A stretch of 64,000 bases of DNA from the human T2T-CHM13v2.0 reference genome, Homo sapiens: assembly GCF_009914755.1 (NCBI RefSeq), contig NC_060947.1; one strand, written 5' to 3'. The position numbers and the translations under genes are program-made. Positions 42,534 through 54,849 of this stretch are shown piece by piece (position 1 is the first letter of the stretch; every line of letters starts with the position of its first letter). The notes beneath the pieces were generated by a model. The model worked only from the letters and a program-made list of their open reading frames with translations. It did not search any database and was not told where the DNA came from.

Positions 42534-43660
42534 TATTCAACATTATTAAAGAAAACAGCTTCCAATCAGGAAGTTCATATCCAGCCAAAATAAGCTTTAA
42601 GTAAAGGAGAAATAATATCCTTTTCAGACCAAAAAAAAAAAAAAAAAAATTAAACGTATTTGTTACCACCAGACCTGTCTTACAAGAAATCATGAAGGAA
42701 GTGCTAAAACTGGAAAGGAAAGACCATTATTGGCCACTACAAAAACACACTTAAGTACATAGACCAGTGGCCCTAGAAAGTAATCATACAAACAAGTCTG
42801 CATAATAACCAGCTAACAACATGATGACAGGAACAAATCGGCATATATCAACACTAAACATGAATGTAAGTGGGCTAAATGCCCTAAGTAAAAGTCACAG
42901 GGTGGCAAGTTGGATTAAAGAAGTAAGACCCAACTCTACGCTGTCTTCAGAAAAACCCATCTGATATTCTCATATTTAATGACAGCCATAGGCTCAAAGT
43001 AAAAGAATAGAGAAAAATCTACCAAGCAAATGGAAAGCAGAAAAAATCAGGGGTGGCTATTCTAATTTCAGACAAAACAGACTTTAAACCAACAAAAATA
43101 AAAAAGACAAAGTAGGGCATTATACAATGGTGAAAGACTCAGCTTAACAAGAATACCTAACTATTCTAAATGTGTACGCACCCAACACAGGCACACTCAG
43201 GTGCATAATGCAAGTCTTTAGAGACCAATGAAGAGACTTGGACAACCACACAATAATAGTGAAGGATAGCAACACCTCACTGACTTTATTAGATAGATCA
43301 TTGAGGCAGAAAATTAACCAAGATATTAATGACCTGAGCACAACATTTGACCAAATGGACCTAATAGACATGTGCAGAAAACTTCACCACAAAACAGCAG
43401 AAAATACATTCTTCTCATCTGTACATGGTGCATGCTCTAAAATCAGCAACACAATCAGACATATAGCAATCCTCAGCAAATTAAAAAAGGATGAAATTAC
43501 ACCAACCATGGTATCCAACCACAGTGCAATCAAATTACAAATCAACGCTGAGAATATTGCTCAAAACCACATAATTACATGAAAATTAAACAATTTGCTT
43601 CTGAATGACATCTGGGTAAACAACGAAATTAAAGCAGAAATCAAGAAATTCTTTGAAAGT

Positions 43661-44545
43661 AGCATATGAACAGACACTTCTCAAAAGAAGACATTTATGC
43701 AGCCAACAGAAATATGAAAAAATGCTCATTGTCACTGGTCATTAGAGAAATGCAAATCAAAACCACAATGAGATACCATCTCATGCCAGTTAGAATGGTG
43801 ATCATTAAAAACTCAGGAGAAAACAGATACTGGAGAAGTTATGGAGAAATAGGCATGCTTGTATACTGTTGGTGGGAGTGTAAATTAGTTCAACCATTGT
43901 GGAAAACAGTGTGGTGATTCCTCAAGGATCTAGAACAAGAAATACCATTTGACCCAGAAATCTCATTTCTGGGTATATACTCAAAGGATTATAAATAATT
44001 CTACTATAAAGACACATGCACACGTATATTAATTGCAACACTATTCACAATAGCAGAGACTTGGAACCAATCCAAATGTCTATCAATAATAGACTGGATA
44101 AAGAAAATGTGGCACATATATACCATGGAATACTATGCAGCCATAAAAAAGGATGAGTTCATGTCCTTTTCAGGGACATGGATGAAGCTGGAAACCATCA
44201 TTCTCAGCAAAATATCACAAGGACAGAAAACCAAACACTGAATGTTCTCACTCATAAGTGGGAGTTGAACAATGTGAACACATGGACACAGGGAGGGGAA
44301 CATCATACACTGGGACCTGTTGGGGGGTGGAGTGCTAGGGGAGGGATAGCGTTAAGAGAAATACCTAATGTAAATGACAAGTTGATGGGTGCAGCAAACC
44401 AACATGGCACATGTATACCTAATGTATATGACAAGTTGATGGGTGCAGCAAACCAACATGGCACATGTATACCTATGTAACAAGCCTGCACGTTGTGCAT
44501 ATGCATCCCAAAACTTAAAGTATAATAATAATTAAAAAAAAATAA
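43661..44545 (+). mobile_element. 5'-truncated L1PA6-like insertion with a 54-bp tandem duplication
   Basis: ORF2 C-terminus [14 protein letters not shown]..., 3' UTR taaatgacaagttgatgggtgcagcaaaccaacatggc, poly(A). Confidence 0.88.
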
Positions 44546-44969
44546 CCCAAACAACAGACACCAGGACCTACCTGAGGGTGAAGGGTGGGAAGTGGGTGAG
44601 GATAGAAAAACTTCCTATCAGGTACTATTCTCATCACCTGGTTGATGAAATAATCTGTATACTAAACCCCTACAATACTCAATTTTCCTATATAACAAAC
44701 ATGCACTTGTACCCCTGAACCTTAAATGAAAGTTAAAAAATAAATAAAATGCATATTCATTAATAAATAAATTTCTGTTTTTAAGCCACCCCAGAAGAGT
44801 ATAATATTGTATGTAAATAGTTTGGAAAAGTAGCATTAACTTTAACGTAAGAGACAAAATGCATATTTGCTACTTTGTATAGTATTTGATTACTTATCAT
44901 TTATTTATGATCTTCTATATATACTGAAAACCATTTCATTTATTACCTGCAGAATTTCAATAACATTGC

Positions 44970-45368
44970 TGTAAACACTGTTTTTGCTTGTGATGCTGTA
45001 ACACATTACCTGAGACTGAATAATTTATAAAGAACAGAAATTTATCTTTTATAGTTCTGGAGGCTGGCAAGTCCAAGATCAAGATGCTGACAGGTTCATT
45101 GTCTGATGGAAGCTGCTATCTGCTTCCAAGGTGAAGCCTTGTTGTTGCATCCTCCAGAGGGGAGGGATACTGTCTTCTCACATAGTAGAAGGCAGATAGG
45201 CAAGCTAGCTAAATGCTGCATGAAGATACTTTTCTAAGGGCCTTAATCCCATGCATTGAGGAGCACTCTTAACCCAGTTACCTCACAAAGGCCCCATCTT
45301 TAATACCATCACCTTGGCCATTAGGTTTCAACATCTGATTTTGAAAGGGATATAGTCAAGCCATAGTA
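44970..45368 (-). mobile_element. MaLR solo LTR (MSTC/MSTD-like)
   Basis: ctgagactgaataatttataaagaacagaaatttat...ggaggctggcaagtccaagatcaag...taataccatcaccttggccattaggtttcaaca. Confidence 0.85.
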
Positions 45369-45919
45369 AATACCAAGTTATTTATTTTCAGAAACTTATT
45401 TATGAAGTCATTTTTCCATGCAAACTCTACAAATATTCACTTTCACTTTTAGATTTAGATGAAGTTTTCATAAAAGCAAAAACAATGAAATGGCTGCATG
45501 TCTACCCTCCACACTTTGGTTTCTCTGCCATGATTTGGCTTACTCTGCTTTCTAATCCCTATAGACATACTTAGAGAAACACCTTGTGTATGGGGTAAAA
45601 TTCTAAAGATATTTGCTAAGTTAATGATTTCATTTAGTTGAAATTACTTTTGAAGTTATTTTATATTCTTTTACATTGCCCTTAGAAACATTGCATTTAA
45701 TATGATTTTGGTATGTAACCCTAGAGAGTAACAGGTATAACAAGTGAAAATATATTTATAAGATTGGTAATTATGACATACAATAGGGAATACCTATATA
45801 AAATATAATGTAACATTTAATAAACATTTAACATTTTAATGAAATAAAAGTGATAATATAAAGTTGAATTCATACATGTTAAATATAGATACAATGGAAT
45901 TTCAAATGTACTGTTATCT

Positions 45920-45955
45920 ATTAGTTTTCGGCTTCTGGCTACAGATCAAGAGCTG
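45920..45955 (+). pseudogene. Possible 3'-truncated U2 snRNA pseudogene fragment
   Basis: attagttttcggcttctggctacagatcaagag resembles the U2 5' end ATCGCTTCTCGGCCTTTTGGCTAAGATCAAGTG. Confidence 0.45.
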
Positions 45956-46029
45956 AAAATCTAGCTTAGACTGTAGAACTAGGGAATAATAAAAAGCAGG
46001 AAAGGAAGAGTAAAACATCTTTAGGTAAT

Positions 46030-46160
46030 ATGAATTAACTTATGGTAATTAACTAAATTTTCCCCTTCTCCACTTTTCTTATTTATCATATTATATAAAA
46101 TGAAATTTGCTGGGTTTTGGAGTCAAATATTTTAAAAATTATATTCTAGAAAAATAAATT
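46030..46160 (+). repeat. Copy 1 of a ~130-bp local direct duplication
   Basis: Aligns by eye with 48176-48310. Confidence 0.9.
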
Positions 46161-46664
46161 ATTTGTGTGCAGTATATATTTTAAAAGTAGTACTTGTTAT
46201 AATTTAGAGAAATACTCATAAGTGTTTAAATAATATAAATGGGGAAGGAACTCATAATGGATTCACGAATTTCCTTTGTATGTTTTTTACTTTACCCCGA
46301 CTAGAGTTTCCAATTTTATAATTGTATGTGAGGGAATGTAGTTACTCCATTGTTTCCCCACACATTGCCTAGCATGCTGGTTAGCACTCACTAGGTCTTC
46401 GTTGAAGACTTGGTTGGTTTTCTGCCCATCTGCTACTAGCACAAGGCACATTTGTTTATACATTTCTGTATTCAGTAACCAGTCAGTCAATATCTGTCCT
46501 ATGTGAGCTACCCACAGCAGGACAAAGTCACAGCAAATTGTCAGTGCACACACAGGAGGAGTGAAGCTGACTGTGAATTTCTGGGAGTGCCTGGACAATA
46601 TGCCAAGAGCTAGTCTGTGAAGAGAAAGTAGAGTCAGTGGATTTAGGGGCAGGTCAGGGTGAAA

Positions 46665-46677
46665 TGCTGAGTCAGCA
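46665..46677. promoter_or_regulatory. Perfect palindromic MARE motif (TGCTGAGTCAGCA)
   Basis: Exact 13-bp Maf recognition element containing the AP-1 core TGAGTCA. Function is unproven. Confidence 0.45.
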
Positions 46678-47099
46678 CGGTAGGAGAGATCAAGTATGAG
46701 TAGAGGCAATCACAAGAATCAGAAACTGGCACGGTACACCCAGTACAGGAATGAGGGCAAAGTGCAGCCACTCATGACAAGTCACAAGACAAGAAATTAG
46801 TTCTTAGATTCCCTTCAAAAGCCTGAGACATTGCGATACAAAGCTCTGGTCTTCCAAACAGAAGTCACTGGAAAAATCTCTTGGAGAGTTAAGCAGTAAG
46901 TTTTAGAATATATATGTAATGATCATTTCTTTCCTTGAGCATAGGAACTTCGGTCTTGTTCCTTGATAAGCTCCATGAACACAATACACTGTCTGGAACG
47001 TAGTAGGTATTTAATAAATATTTATCAAATGAACAAATACAGGAACATCTGCAGTGAGTCTTCTGAGGGCTGATGCTTCAATAAGATGCATGCATTTTC

Positions 47100-47760
47100 T
47101 TTTTTGTATTCATTCAATCAACCAAATAAGCAAAAAATTATGAATCTCATATATGCATAAAACTATGGGGAGTACACATATATACATGCAATATAATTGC
47201 TATCCTTAATGAGTTTTCAATCTCATAGAAACTGCAAAACCTTCACATAAAGCTATAATAAATAAGAAAATAGTATGCCACAAGTGAGATGTACACAAGG
47301 TAAATTGGAAGTGATGAACTCTGGCCTCAGATTAAGAGAAGACTGTGTGAAGGGGGTGATATTTCAGCTGAGTATTGAAGGACAGGGAAGCTTGATGCTA
47401 ATTAAGGTGGGAAACAACCTATGTAGAAAGAAGGGTAACCAGAAAAGCACAGAAATAATAAATTGCCAGTTGAGAAATAGCTAGTAATCCAATTTGCTTG
47501 GGAATGTGAGATATGTTGGAAAGAGAATAGTAGGAAAAGAAGCAGGAAAGGTAGCATGGGTAATTATTAGGGTGATTCTCATTAACCAGGCTAAGGAGAG
47601 TTAAACTCTACTGTGGAATAGTTGGAAGCTTTGGTCAGGGGAAAGGCATAAACCAAAGCTTTTCTTTAGGAAGATGATCTGATAACATATATCCTGGGGT
47701 AAATCAGAGAAGGAACTAGTACAAAATAGAATGTCATGCAGGAGACCATTGCCACAGCCA
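47100..47760 (-). mobile_element. L2 3' fragment
   Basis: attcattcaatcaaccaaat tail, agagaagactgtgtgaagggggtgatatttcagctgagtattgaagga, tttaggaagatgatctg. Confidence 0.65.
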
Positions 47761-48032
47761 AGAATAAACAAACTTCAAAAGCAGCAAAGATGAGGCAAAG
47801 TCATACATATTTTAGTAAAAAAAGTTTTTAAAAATAAATTTTACTGAAGAAAACATGTCCTTTAGTGAAACATAAGGCCCTATTTTTCGTATGGCATATA
47901 ATTTAAAAATTTCAAAACACTTTGCATTCATAGGTGCAGGATAAATTGGTATGTTGTGTTTCATGAATAACATAATTTTCAATTCAAATAATATATTGGT
48001 CTATTTGATTTGAAGGTCATGTACTTTTTTGT

Positions 48033-48132
48033 CATTTTAAATTTTTTGTTTTTAATTGTTGTGAGTACATGGTAGATGTATATATTTACGGGGTACATGA
48101 GATGTTTTGATACAGGCATGCAATGAATAATA
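48033..48132 (-). mobile_element. L1MA1/2-like 3' tip
   Basis: gtgagtacatggtagatgtatatatttacggggtacatgagatgttttgatacaggcatgcaatg. Confidence 0.85.
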
Positions 48133-48175
48133 AATGAGCCCTCTTGTTTGATGAAACAGGTGTGGAAGTTAAGGA

Positions 48176-48310
48176 ATGAATTAACTTATAATAATTAACT
48201 GAATTTTCCCCTTCTACACTTTTCTTATTCATCAGACATATTATAAAAAATGAGATTTGCTGGGATTTGGAGTCAATAATTTTTAAAATTATATTCTAGA
48301 AAAATAAATT
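48176..48310 (+). repeat. Copy 2 of the ~130-bp local direct duplication
   Basis: Aligns by eye with 46030-46160. Confidence 0.9.
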
Positions 48311-50149
48311 GATACAGAATTGTCATTGGAATAGGTCATGTCACAAGGAAATATGTCTAGATAACAAAGGCCTTCTGAGCCCTGAACAATAGCAATGATA
48401 TTGTAAATGCTATTATAGAATTAACAATGTAACCATCTGAAAAGGACTTTCTTGGTGTTTCAAAGGTGGAACGTCAGCTTGGTTTGAAGTTTGTACCGTT
48501 TCTATCATAAATAAAGTTTTGGCTTATTGTTGGAAAAAATTAAAATAATCCCTCTTTATGCAGCATGATGACTAAAATTGTTCATCTAATAAAAGTAATT
48601 TCTGAATTTTGCTATTTTTCCCATTTTGATGTTGCTTTGGTGGTCCCAATTTGATCGCATATAAACATTAATTCATTTATCAAAACCTGAAACATTCTAA
48701 ATTTCTGATTTGTCATACAAATATAGATCCGCTTATCCTACCCTGATATAACTGCAAAATGCAAGGTGAATGTATGAGTACATACATTCATGAAACATGA
48801 AAAGAGTTCCTGAATTAAAAGCATTATGATCAATCATTAACAAACAGAAGCCGCTATTTGCACTAGAAAAATATGAAGAGGATTTTTTGTTTTAAAATTG
48901 CATTCTTCACACTTAAACCAGTTGCAGATGGCATCAAGCAAGCAATTTTTAGAACTGATTTTATGAGATTACTTACCAATGTGAGTACTGAGAAGTTATT
49001 TTTGCTGAGTCTTCTACAGTACCTTGAGGACCAAAATTCCTGAATTTAACTTTAAAATGACCTGAATCTGCATTTCATAGGCCAGTAGGTATAGTAAAAT
49101 TGGAAAGGGATGCATGCAAAGCTTGCAACTATTAAGCATCTCCAATTAAAGTAGGCCTGACATTTCTGTAAGTATTAATGTGAGGGTATAAAAATAAATT
49201 ATATTTTTAAAGTTCTTTATTTCTCTATTCAGCCCAGCAGAAAATTTTTTCTGTCTCATCTTTTTCTCTTCACATGTAAAATTATCATTTAACGGCCTAC
49301 AGTTTATTACTGCTGAAGTTTCTTTTTTTAAGTATTTATGTGTTTGAAAAATTTTACTCACATACACACCTACAGTAATTTCTAAAGAGCAAACAAATGA
49401 AAAAGAGCATCTCGTTTTCATATATATCCACCCAACAGTTTAGGTAAATCTATTCTTGCTCTCTGATGTGGAGATGTGCAGGGAAAAACAAAATCAAACT
49501 AGAGGCAAGAACGAACAAACCAAAATCAGTCCCTGGAAAACTGTTGGCTCATTGTCATCAAAATAATTGGGTGTCAGAAGGAAACACAAGTGTTTATCTC
49601 ATAAAAGCAACTACGGCAGAATAGCTTTAAATTGCTCAATTCCCTATGCCACAAAGAGAACTGAAATTAAACACATCTTGGGATATTTGCTTTTCGTCTT
49701 GCTTTTCTAAGATATTCCCTGTCAAATCTTTATCAAAGGTCATTGGTAATCATATTTAAAAGATAAAAATTCAGATGTCTTTATTCCTCTGGTTTTAATG
49801 ATCAGAAAAAGACATTTGTATCCACAATAAGGAGAAACCCTTTCTAAATCCAATAATACTCTCTATTTCTTTAGTAATGTACTATATTTATTATATTTTA
49901 AATATGTATATCAGTTCTAAATTTAATTTAATAAATACCTGAAAGCCTACTGCATCCTGGGGACTTGCAGAAATAAATGGATATAGGGAGGTGTCTGTGA
50001 TGTGATTCCTGTCCTCAATGTTTAAAGTATGTAACATATTGAAGAAATGACAAATGAGTCTGACAAATGAGTATAATGTAGCTGATGTGATGGTATTTAC
50101 TGGAAGATGATTTGGGAAGGTATTTTGAGACCAGATCTTGGATAGTGTT

Positions 50150-50360
50150 AGTTTCTTGCTTAAAAATTGTGAATAATCACTCTGAAATTTTACTTCCTGA
50201 GTGGATATTCTGGCTCCATTATTTATTGATCCTAGATAAATTAATTTTAATGATTTTCAGTTTCTTTATTTATAAAATGGGCAGAATAGTACCCATTTTA
50301 TCAATTATTTATAAGAATTAAGTAAATTAAGTGTAATGCCTGGCATACAGTTGGGCTTAG
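50150..50360 (+). mobile_element. MIR SINE
   Basis: ggctccattatttattgatcctagataaattaatttt...ttcagtttctttatttataaaatgggcagaatagtaccca. Confidence 0.7.
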
Positions 50361-50479
50361 CTGTCTGACTTGTTTTTGATCAATGAGATATAGATGGAAG
50401 TAAGATTCCTTGTTCCTAGCAAAGGCCTTAAGAGATAGTACATGATCCTGCTGAACTTCTTGCATAATGCTGTGATTTT

Positions 50480-50718
50480 TATGAGAAGAGTATTTCTGAG
50501 GTAGCAACTGCTCCCTCAGCCTGAACTCCAGTATGAAACATATGAAACAAAACTAAACCTGACCAGATGCCTGGAAAGAGCTCAGCTAATGTGCATTATG
50601 AAACAAAGCTGCTGCAGCCAACCCACAAACCCGTAAGCAATTTTACATACTTGTTATTTAGTGTTATTTTGGGTGTTTTTTAGTGAGGGATTTTTGCAAC
50701 AATAGCTGACTAATAACA
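50480..50718 (+). mobile_element. MLT1 (J/K-like) LTR 3' part
   Basis: gcaactgctccctcagcctgaactccag...cagccaacccacaaacccgtaagc...caatagctgactaata. Confidence 0.65.
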
Positions 50719-50829
50719 GCACTCTATATATGTCAGCAAATATTACCTTTAATACAATCTGAAATAGCAATTCTGATTCACTAAACAGTCTTTCATCTAA
50801 GCCAGAACCAGAGTAGATTCTGTAGGTGG

Positions 50830-51050
50830 AGATAGTAACATGAGTTAGACACGGTTCCTGCCCTCCTTTATGCTATTCATTATGGAAAATACAAAAAGGA
50901 CACAGATGCAAATATCATGCCATGCCACAAGTACAAAGCAAATGTTTTGGCATTCAGAAGGAGACATCAGTTGCAGGAAAATGAATCTGGACAAAGTTTG
51001 TGGAAGTGTGGGCATTTGTGCTGAGCTTTGAAAAGGAAGTAAGGATTTTA
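50830..51050 (-). mobile_element. L2 fragment
   Basis: agacacggttcctgccctc...ggcatttgtgctgagctttgaaaaggaagtaaggattt. Confidence 0.6.
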
Positions 51051-51351
51051 ATAGAACAGCTATTATATGGCTTTTATTGCCTAAATATTCTCTGATTGAT
51101 TTAATGTTTCTAAATCCCAAAGCAAGGTATGTGAGTTTTTTTGAAAAAATTAGTTATAATATTCGAAGACCCAAACAACATTAGTTCATTGATTTAATAG
51201 TTCTCTGTTCCTTACAGAGTACCTTGTAGGTGTGTATGTGCATCCTCATTCCTATTTATACAAGGAGGAGGAGCCTAAAAGCATAAGAAATGTTTTGACC
51301 TGTTCGTAGAACATTTTTGCTACTGAGAGTTTAACTATTGTGTTAAAATCT

Positions 51352-51373
51352 GAGAGAGAGAGAGAGAGAGAGA
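51352..51373. repeat. (GA)n microsatellite
   Basis: gagagagagagagagagagaga. Confidence 0.9.
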
Positions 51374-51924
51374 TTACATGAAGTTTTGGTGTTTGGTTTT
51401 ATGAGATTTAGGACAGTTCAATATGTTTTAAAAAGTAGCTAGAAATTAAAGCCATTCCTTTCCATTCATTTATGCATCTGTGTTTTATTTGCTTTCTCTC
51501 AATGGTTCTATAGTGAGATTCTCCTTTTTCAAATGTACCACCCATATGGCCTTGATTTAACTAGTCTATGAGTTACTAACTATAGAATCTATGCCTTGCC
51601 TCCTTGATATGTCTGAGGCCTGTTGCGACAAGTTCTGGCCTTCTACTCTTGTATTTGGGGAGGTGTTAAACTTCTTGGGGAATGTCACTTCATTTATTTC
51701 TGTGTGAGTGCAGTTGTGTGTTCAGTACGTGTTTATGCTGTAGGGGTGGGGAAAAGTAGAAGAAACAGAAAGGTTTGTGTTCTGCTCATCTGAAACCCTT
51801 TATGTGGCTTTTATTGTCCAAATATTCTGTGGGAAATATAGCCCCCATAGGGTTTTTTTGATAATCTTTGTAGGACATTAAATCATCTTTTACATCATCT
51901 TAATTATCATCTTAGTCATTACTA

Positions 51925-52150
51925 CTATAACTAACATTTATAGAGATATCAATTATGTGTCAAGTACTTCACATGGAAAATTTTTTAATATTTAAAATAC
52001 TTAAATGAGGGAAATATTATTTATTTCCTCACTTTACAGAGGAAGAAATATATGAAATGGAATGATTAGACAATTTGTACTAGGCCACACAGCTAGTAAG
52101 TCACAGAAGTAGAATTCACACTCAGATGTGTCTGACAGGAGAGACTGTAC
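51925..52150 (-). mobile_element. MIR SINE
   Basis: cctcactttacagaggaagaaat...aatttgtactaggccacacagctagtaagt...agaattcacactcagatgtgtctgac. Confidence 0.8.
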
Positions 52151-52739
52151 TAGTACTCCTTCTTCCATACATTTCAGTTAGTTATTCAGAGAACAATTAG
52201 AGTTTCTTATCCACGTCAGTACTCTCTGCTGCTGGAAAGTCAATAAAGTGTTTTGTACATGGCAGCTATAACAGTTAAATAAATATTTAGCGGTTAAATA
52301 AATATTGAATAAATGGCAGACTGAAAACTGAAAGAGTCTGGCGTTTTAATGGAGAGGTTCTACTCACCAACCTTGCCAGTTCTTTGGAAGACCAATGTCA
52401 GGTAACACAGCTACTATTCTCAAGTAAGTCTCGGGCAATTCTGGAAATTATATTAATGTACTGAGTATGCAACTTCCAAAATGCTTTATATTTGACAATG
52501 GGAATAACTTCCACTTTGGGAGAAAAACATCAATCATCAAGTATGTTTATGTTCATTTTGATTTCTAAATCATATATTCTATACTCTTCAAAATCAACTC
52601 AAGGAACAGAAGTTTCTCTTGGTATTTCCTAAATAAGCTGCAAAGGCACCATACGAAAAAGTCTAGTGTCCAAAATTTATGACTTTTATGTTGTCCTTTA
52701 CTGTGGATTTGTTGTGCCAGTATATTACTTTATGGAAGA

Positions 52740-53190
52740 ATGTCTTAGTGGTTAAGAATTTGACACAGTGAATCTGATAGATTTAAGCTCAAGTCATAGC
52801 TAGCTGTATAAGCCTGGAAAAGTTATTTAATGTCTTTGAAACTTAATATCTTCATCTCTAAAATAAGGATCTGTAAACATATTGAAGACCACTATTTGCT
52901 AGGTACTGTGCTAGAATCTGGTGATAGATCAAGATCACAAATATGAATTTATAATTAAAATTGTAGCTACCAAGAACTCAGGTATACGATGCTATAAAAA
53001 CATTTAATATAGGCAATTGATCTAGACATGGAGATGAAGGAAAGATCTCCTTAAGAATGTGATGTAGAGAAAGAGTAAGAGATAGGTAATGTAAAAAGAG
53101 GATGCTAAGATAGTTGTGAGTATTAAATAAAATCATAAATGGAATGCACAAAACCTGACACATAGTAAGTAGTTAATACATGTTGCTTTT
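52740..53190. mobile_element. MIR (+) interrupted by an L2 (-) fragment
   Basis: MIR head tagtggttaagaatttgac...cttcatctctaaaataaggat, L2-like ctatttgctaggtactgtgctaga, then MIR tail cctgacacatagtaagtagttaatacatgttgct. Confidence 0.55.
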
Positions 53191-53224
53191 TATGTACATT
53201 ATTAGTATTTTTGTTTTCTTTGGC

Positions 53225-53760
53225 ATATATTTTGGTTATGTATTGCTGCAGAAAGAAATACCTAAAACAGGGTTTAAAATAACCATTTTATTATATCATC
53301 TGATTGTATAGCTCAGGTTTTGAGAAAAAACTTGCTCAGGCAATTGGTCTCTTATTTGATGTGACATTTACTGTGACATCTTGGGCTAAAGGATCTACTC
53401 CCAGGATGGCTTTTGTGACTCATCCACGTCAGGTGACTTGGTTTTCCTTGGCATCTTAATTTCTTCACATGGAAACTCATCCACCAGTTCTTTTCCATAT
53501 GGCTTGATTTTCTCATGACATGGTGGTCTCAGAGTAGTCACATTTTTAAATGAAAGTTCACATCTCCAATAGTGCATGTACCAAGACAGGAAGTAAAAAG
53601 ACCCATTATCTTAATACCTGGGTCTGAAAGAGTATTGCATCATTTCTACCATATTCTATGGGTCAAGCAGGGTTTGCATAGATTTAAGAAGAGGAAACAT
53701 AGAGCTCATCTCTCAATGAATATCAGTTTAAAAATTGGTGGTCATTCTTAATCTACAACA
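53225..53760 (-). mobile_element. MLT1 (G/H-like) solo LTR
   Basis: tattgctgcagaaagaaatacctaaaac...catggtggtctcagagtagtcac...catcatttctaccatattctatgggtcaagcag...taatctacaaca. Confidence 0.7.
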
Positions 53761-54413
53761 AAATGAAAAATTATACATTTATTATATGCTCATAAAATTT
53801 ATGACAATGTCTACAATGATTATAAAAAACTTTGCAATTAATCTTGGTGTTCTAGAAAAATGTAGCCATTTGAGTGTCGAGAGATGTGGCTTCTGGCCCC
53901 TACTTCTCCTTAAATGCCAATGTGGCTTTGAGCAATCAGATTAACTTCTCAATGCTTAGTTCTCTATTCATAAATCAGCCTTTGTTGGGTAACACCTAGG
54001 GGTAAGGCACTACAGCAAAAATTAGGATGCCTCACTACAAGGGACTGATAATTTTGTTTGAATTGGACCAAATTATTTGTAAACTATAGAATTGCTTCCT
54101 GCTGTAAAGATTTGTGATTTGTAGAGATTTGTTAACTTTGGCAGAAGACTAATATTGGTGCCAAATATGAAATTTAACACAATTCAAGTAAGATCTTCTT
54201 AGTTTTCATGAACAGAGAAGTTGACATCTTTAGGAGAAGGATAAAACCTCTTCAAATAGTTCCCACTTACAGAGAGTTTTCCTGTGTGATAATGAGGTTA
54301 TTTAGGGTGAATATGTATGTCTAAAATTTTCTATTATCTAACATGTTGGCCTAAGTATTTTTCAAATTGTTCTCTTAAAAAGATTTACTTAACGTGGTTT
54401 TATTGTCTACCTG

Positions 54414-54772
54414 TGTATTAGTCTGTTCTCACACTGCTAATAAAGACACACCCAAGACTGAGTAATTTATAAAGGAAAGAGGTTTAAATGACTCACTGTT
54501 CCACATGGCTGTGGAGGCCTCACAATCACGGCAGAAGGCAAATGAGGAGCAAAGTCACATCTTACATGGCAGCAGGCAAGAGAGCTTGTACAGGGGAACT
54601 CCTATTTATGGAACCATCAGATCTCATGAGACTTATTTCCTATTATGAGAACAGTCCTGGAGAAACTGCCCCGATGATTTAATTATCGCCACCAGGCTCT
54701 GCCCTTGACAAGTGGGAATTATTATTACAATTCAAAATGAGATTTGGTTGGGGACACAGTGAAACCATATCA
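54414..54772 (-). mobile_element. THE1 solo LTR (THE1B/C)
   Basis: tgtattagtctgttctcacactgctaataaagac...aatgaggagcaaagtcacatcttacatggc...ggggacacagtgaaaccatatca. Confidence 0.92.
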
Positions 54773-54849
54773 ACATAAAACTATCTTTCATTGATGCATA
54801 AGTTAATTATTGTGTAATTATATATTATAATTATTGTGATTTTAACTGT

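Larger units (their letters stand above)
39771..44748 (+). mobile_element. L1PA13-15/L1PREC2-type element: 5' UTR, ORF1, ORF2 start and 3' UTR, with about 3 kb of ORF2 missing
   Basis: 5' caagatggctgactacaggcagctaggaggaac, ORF1, EN domain to 43660, and 3' UTR at 44550-44748. Confidence 0.85.

Noticed and set aside
46287-46709. 140-aa minus-strand ORF
   Set aside because: Non-ATG start, overlaps an L2 tail and a probable old LTR, and has no recognisable domain.
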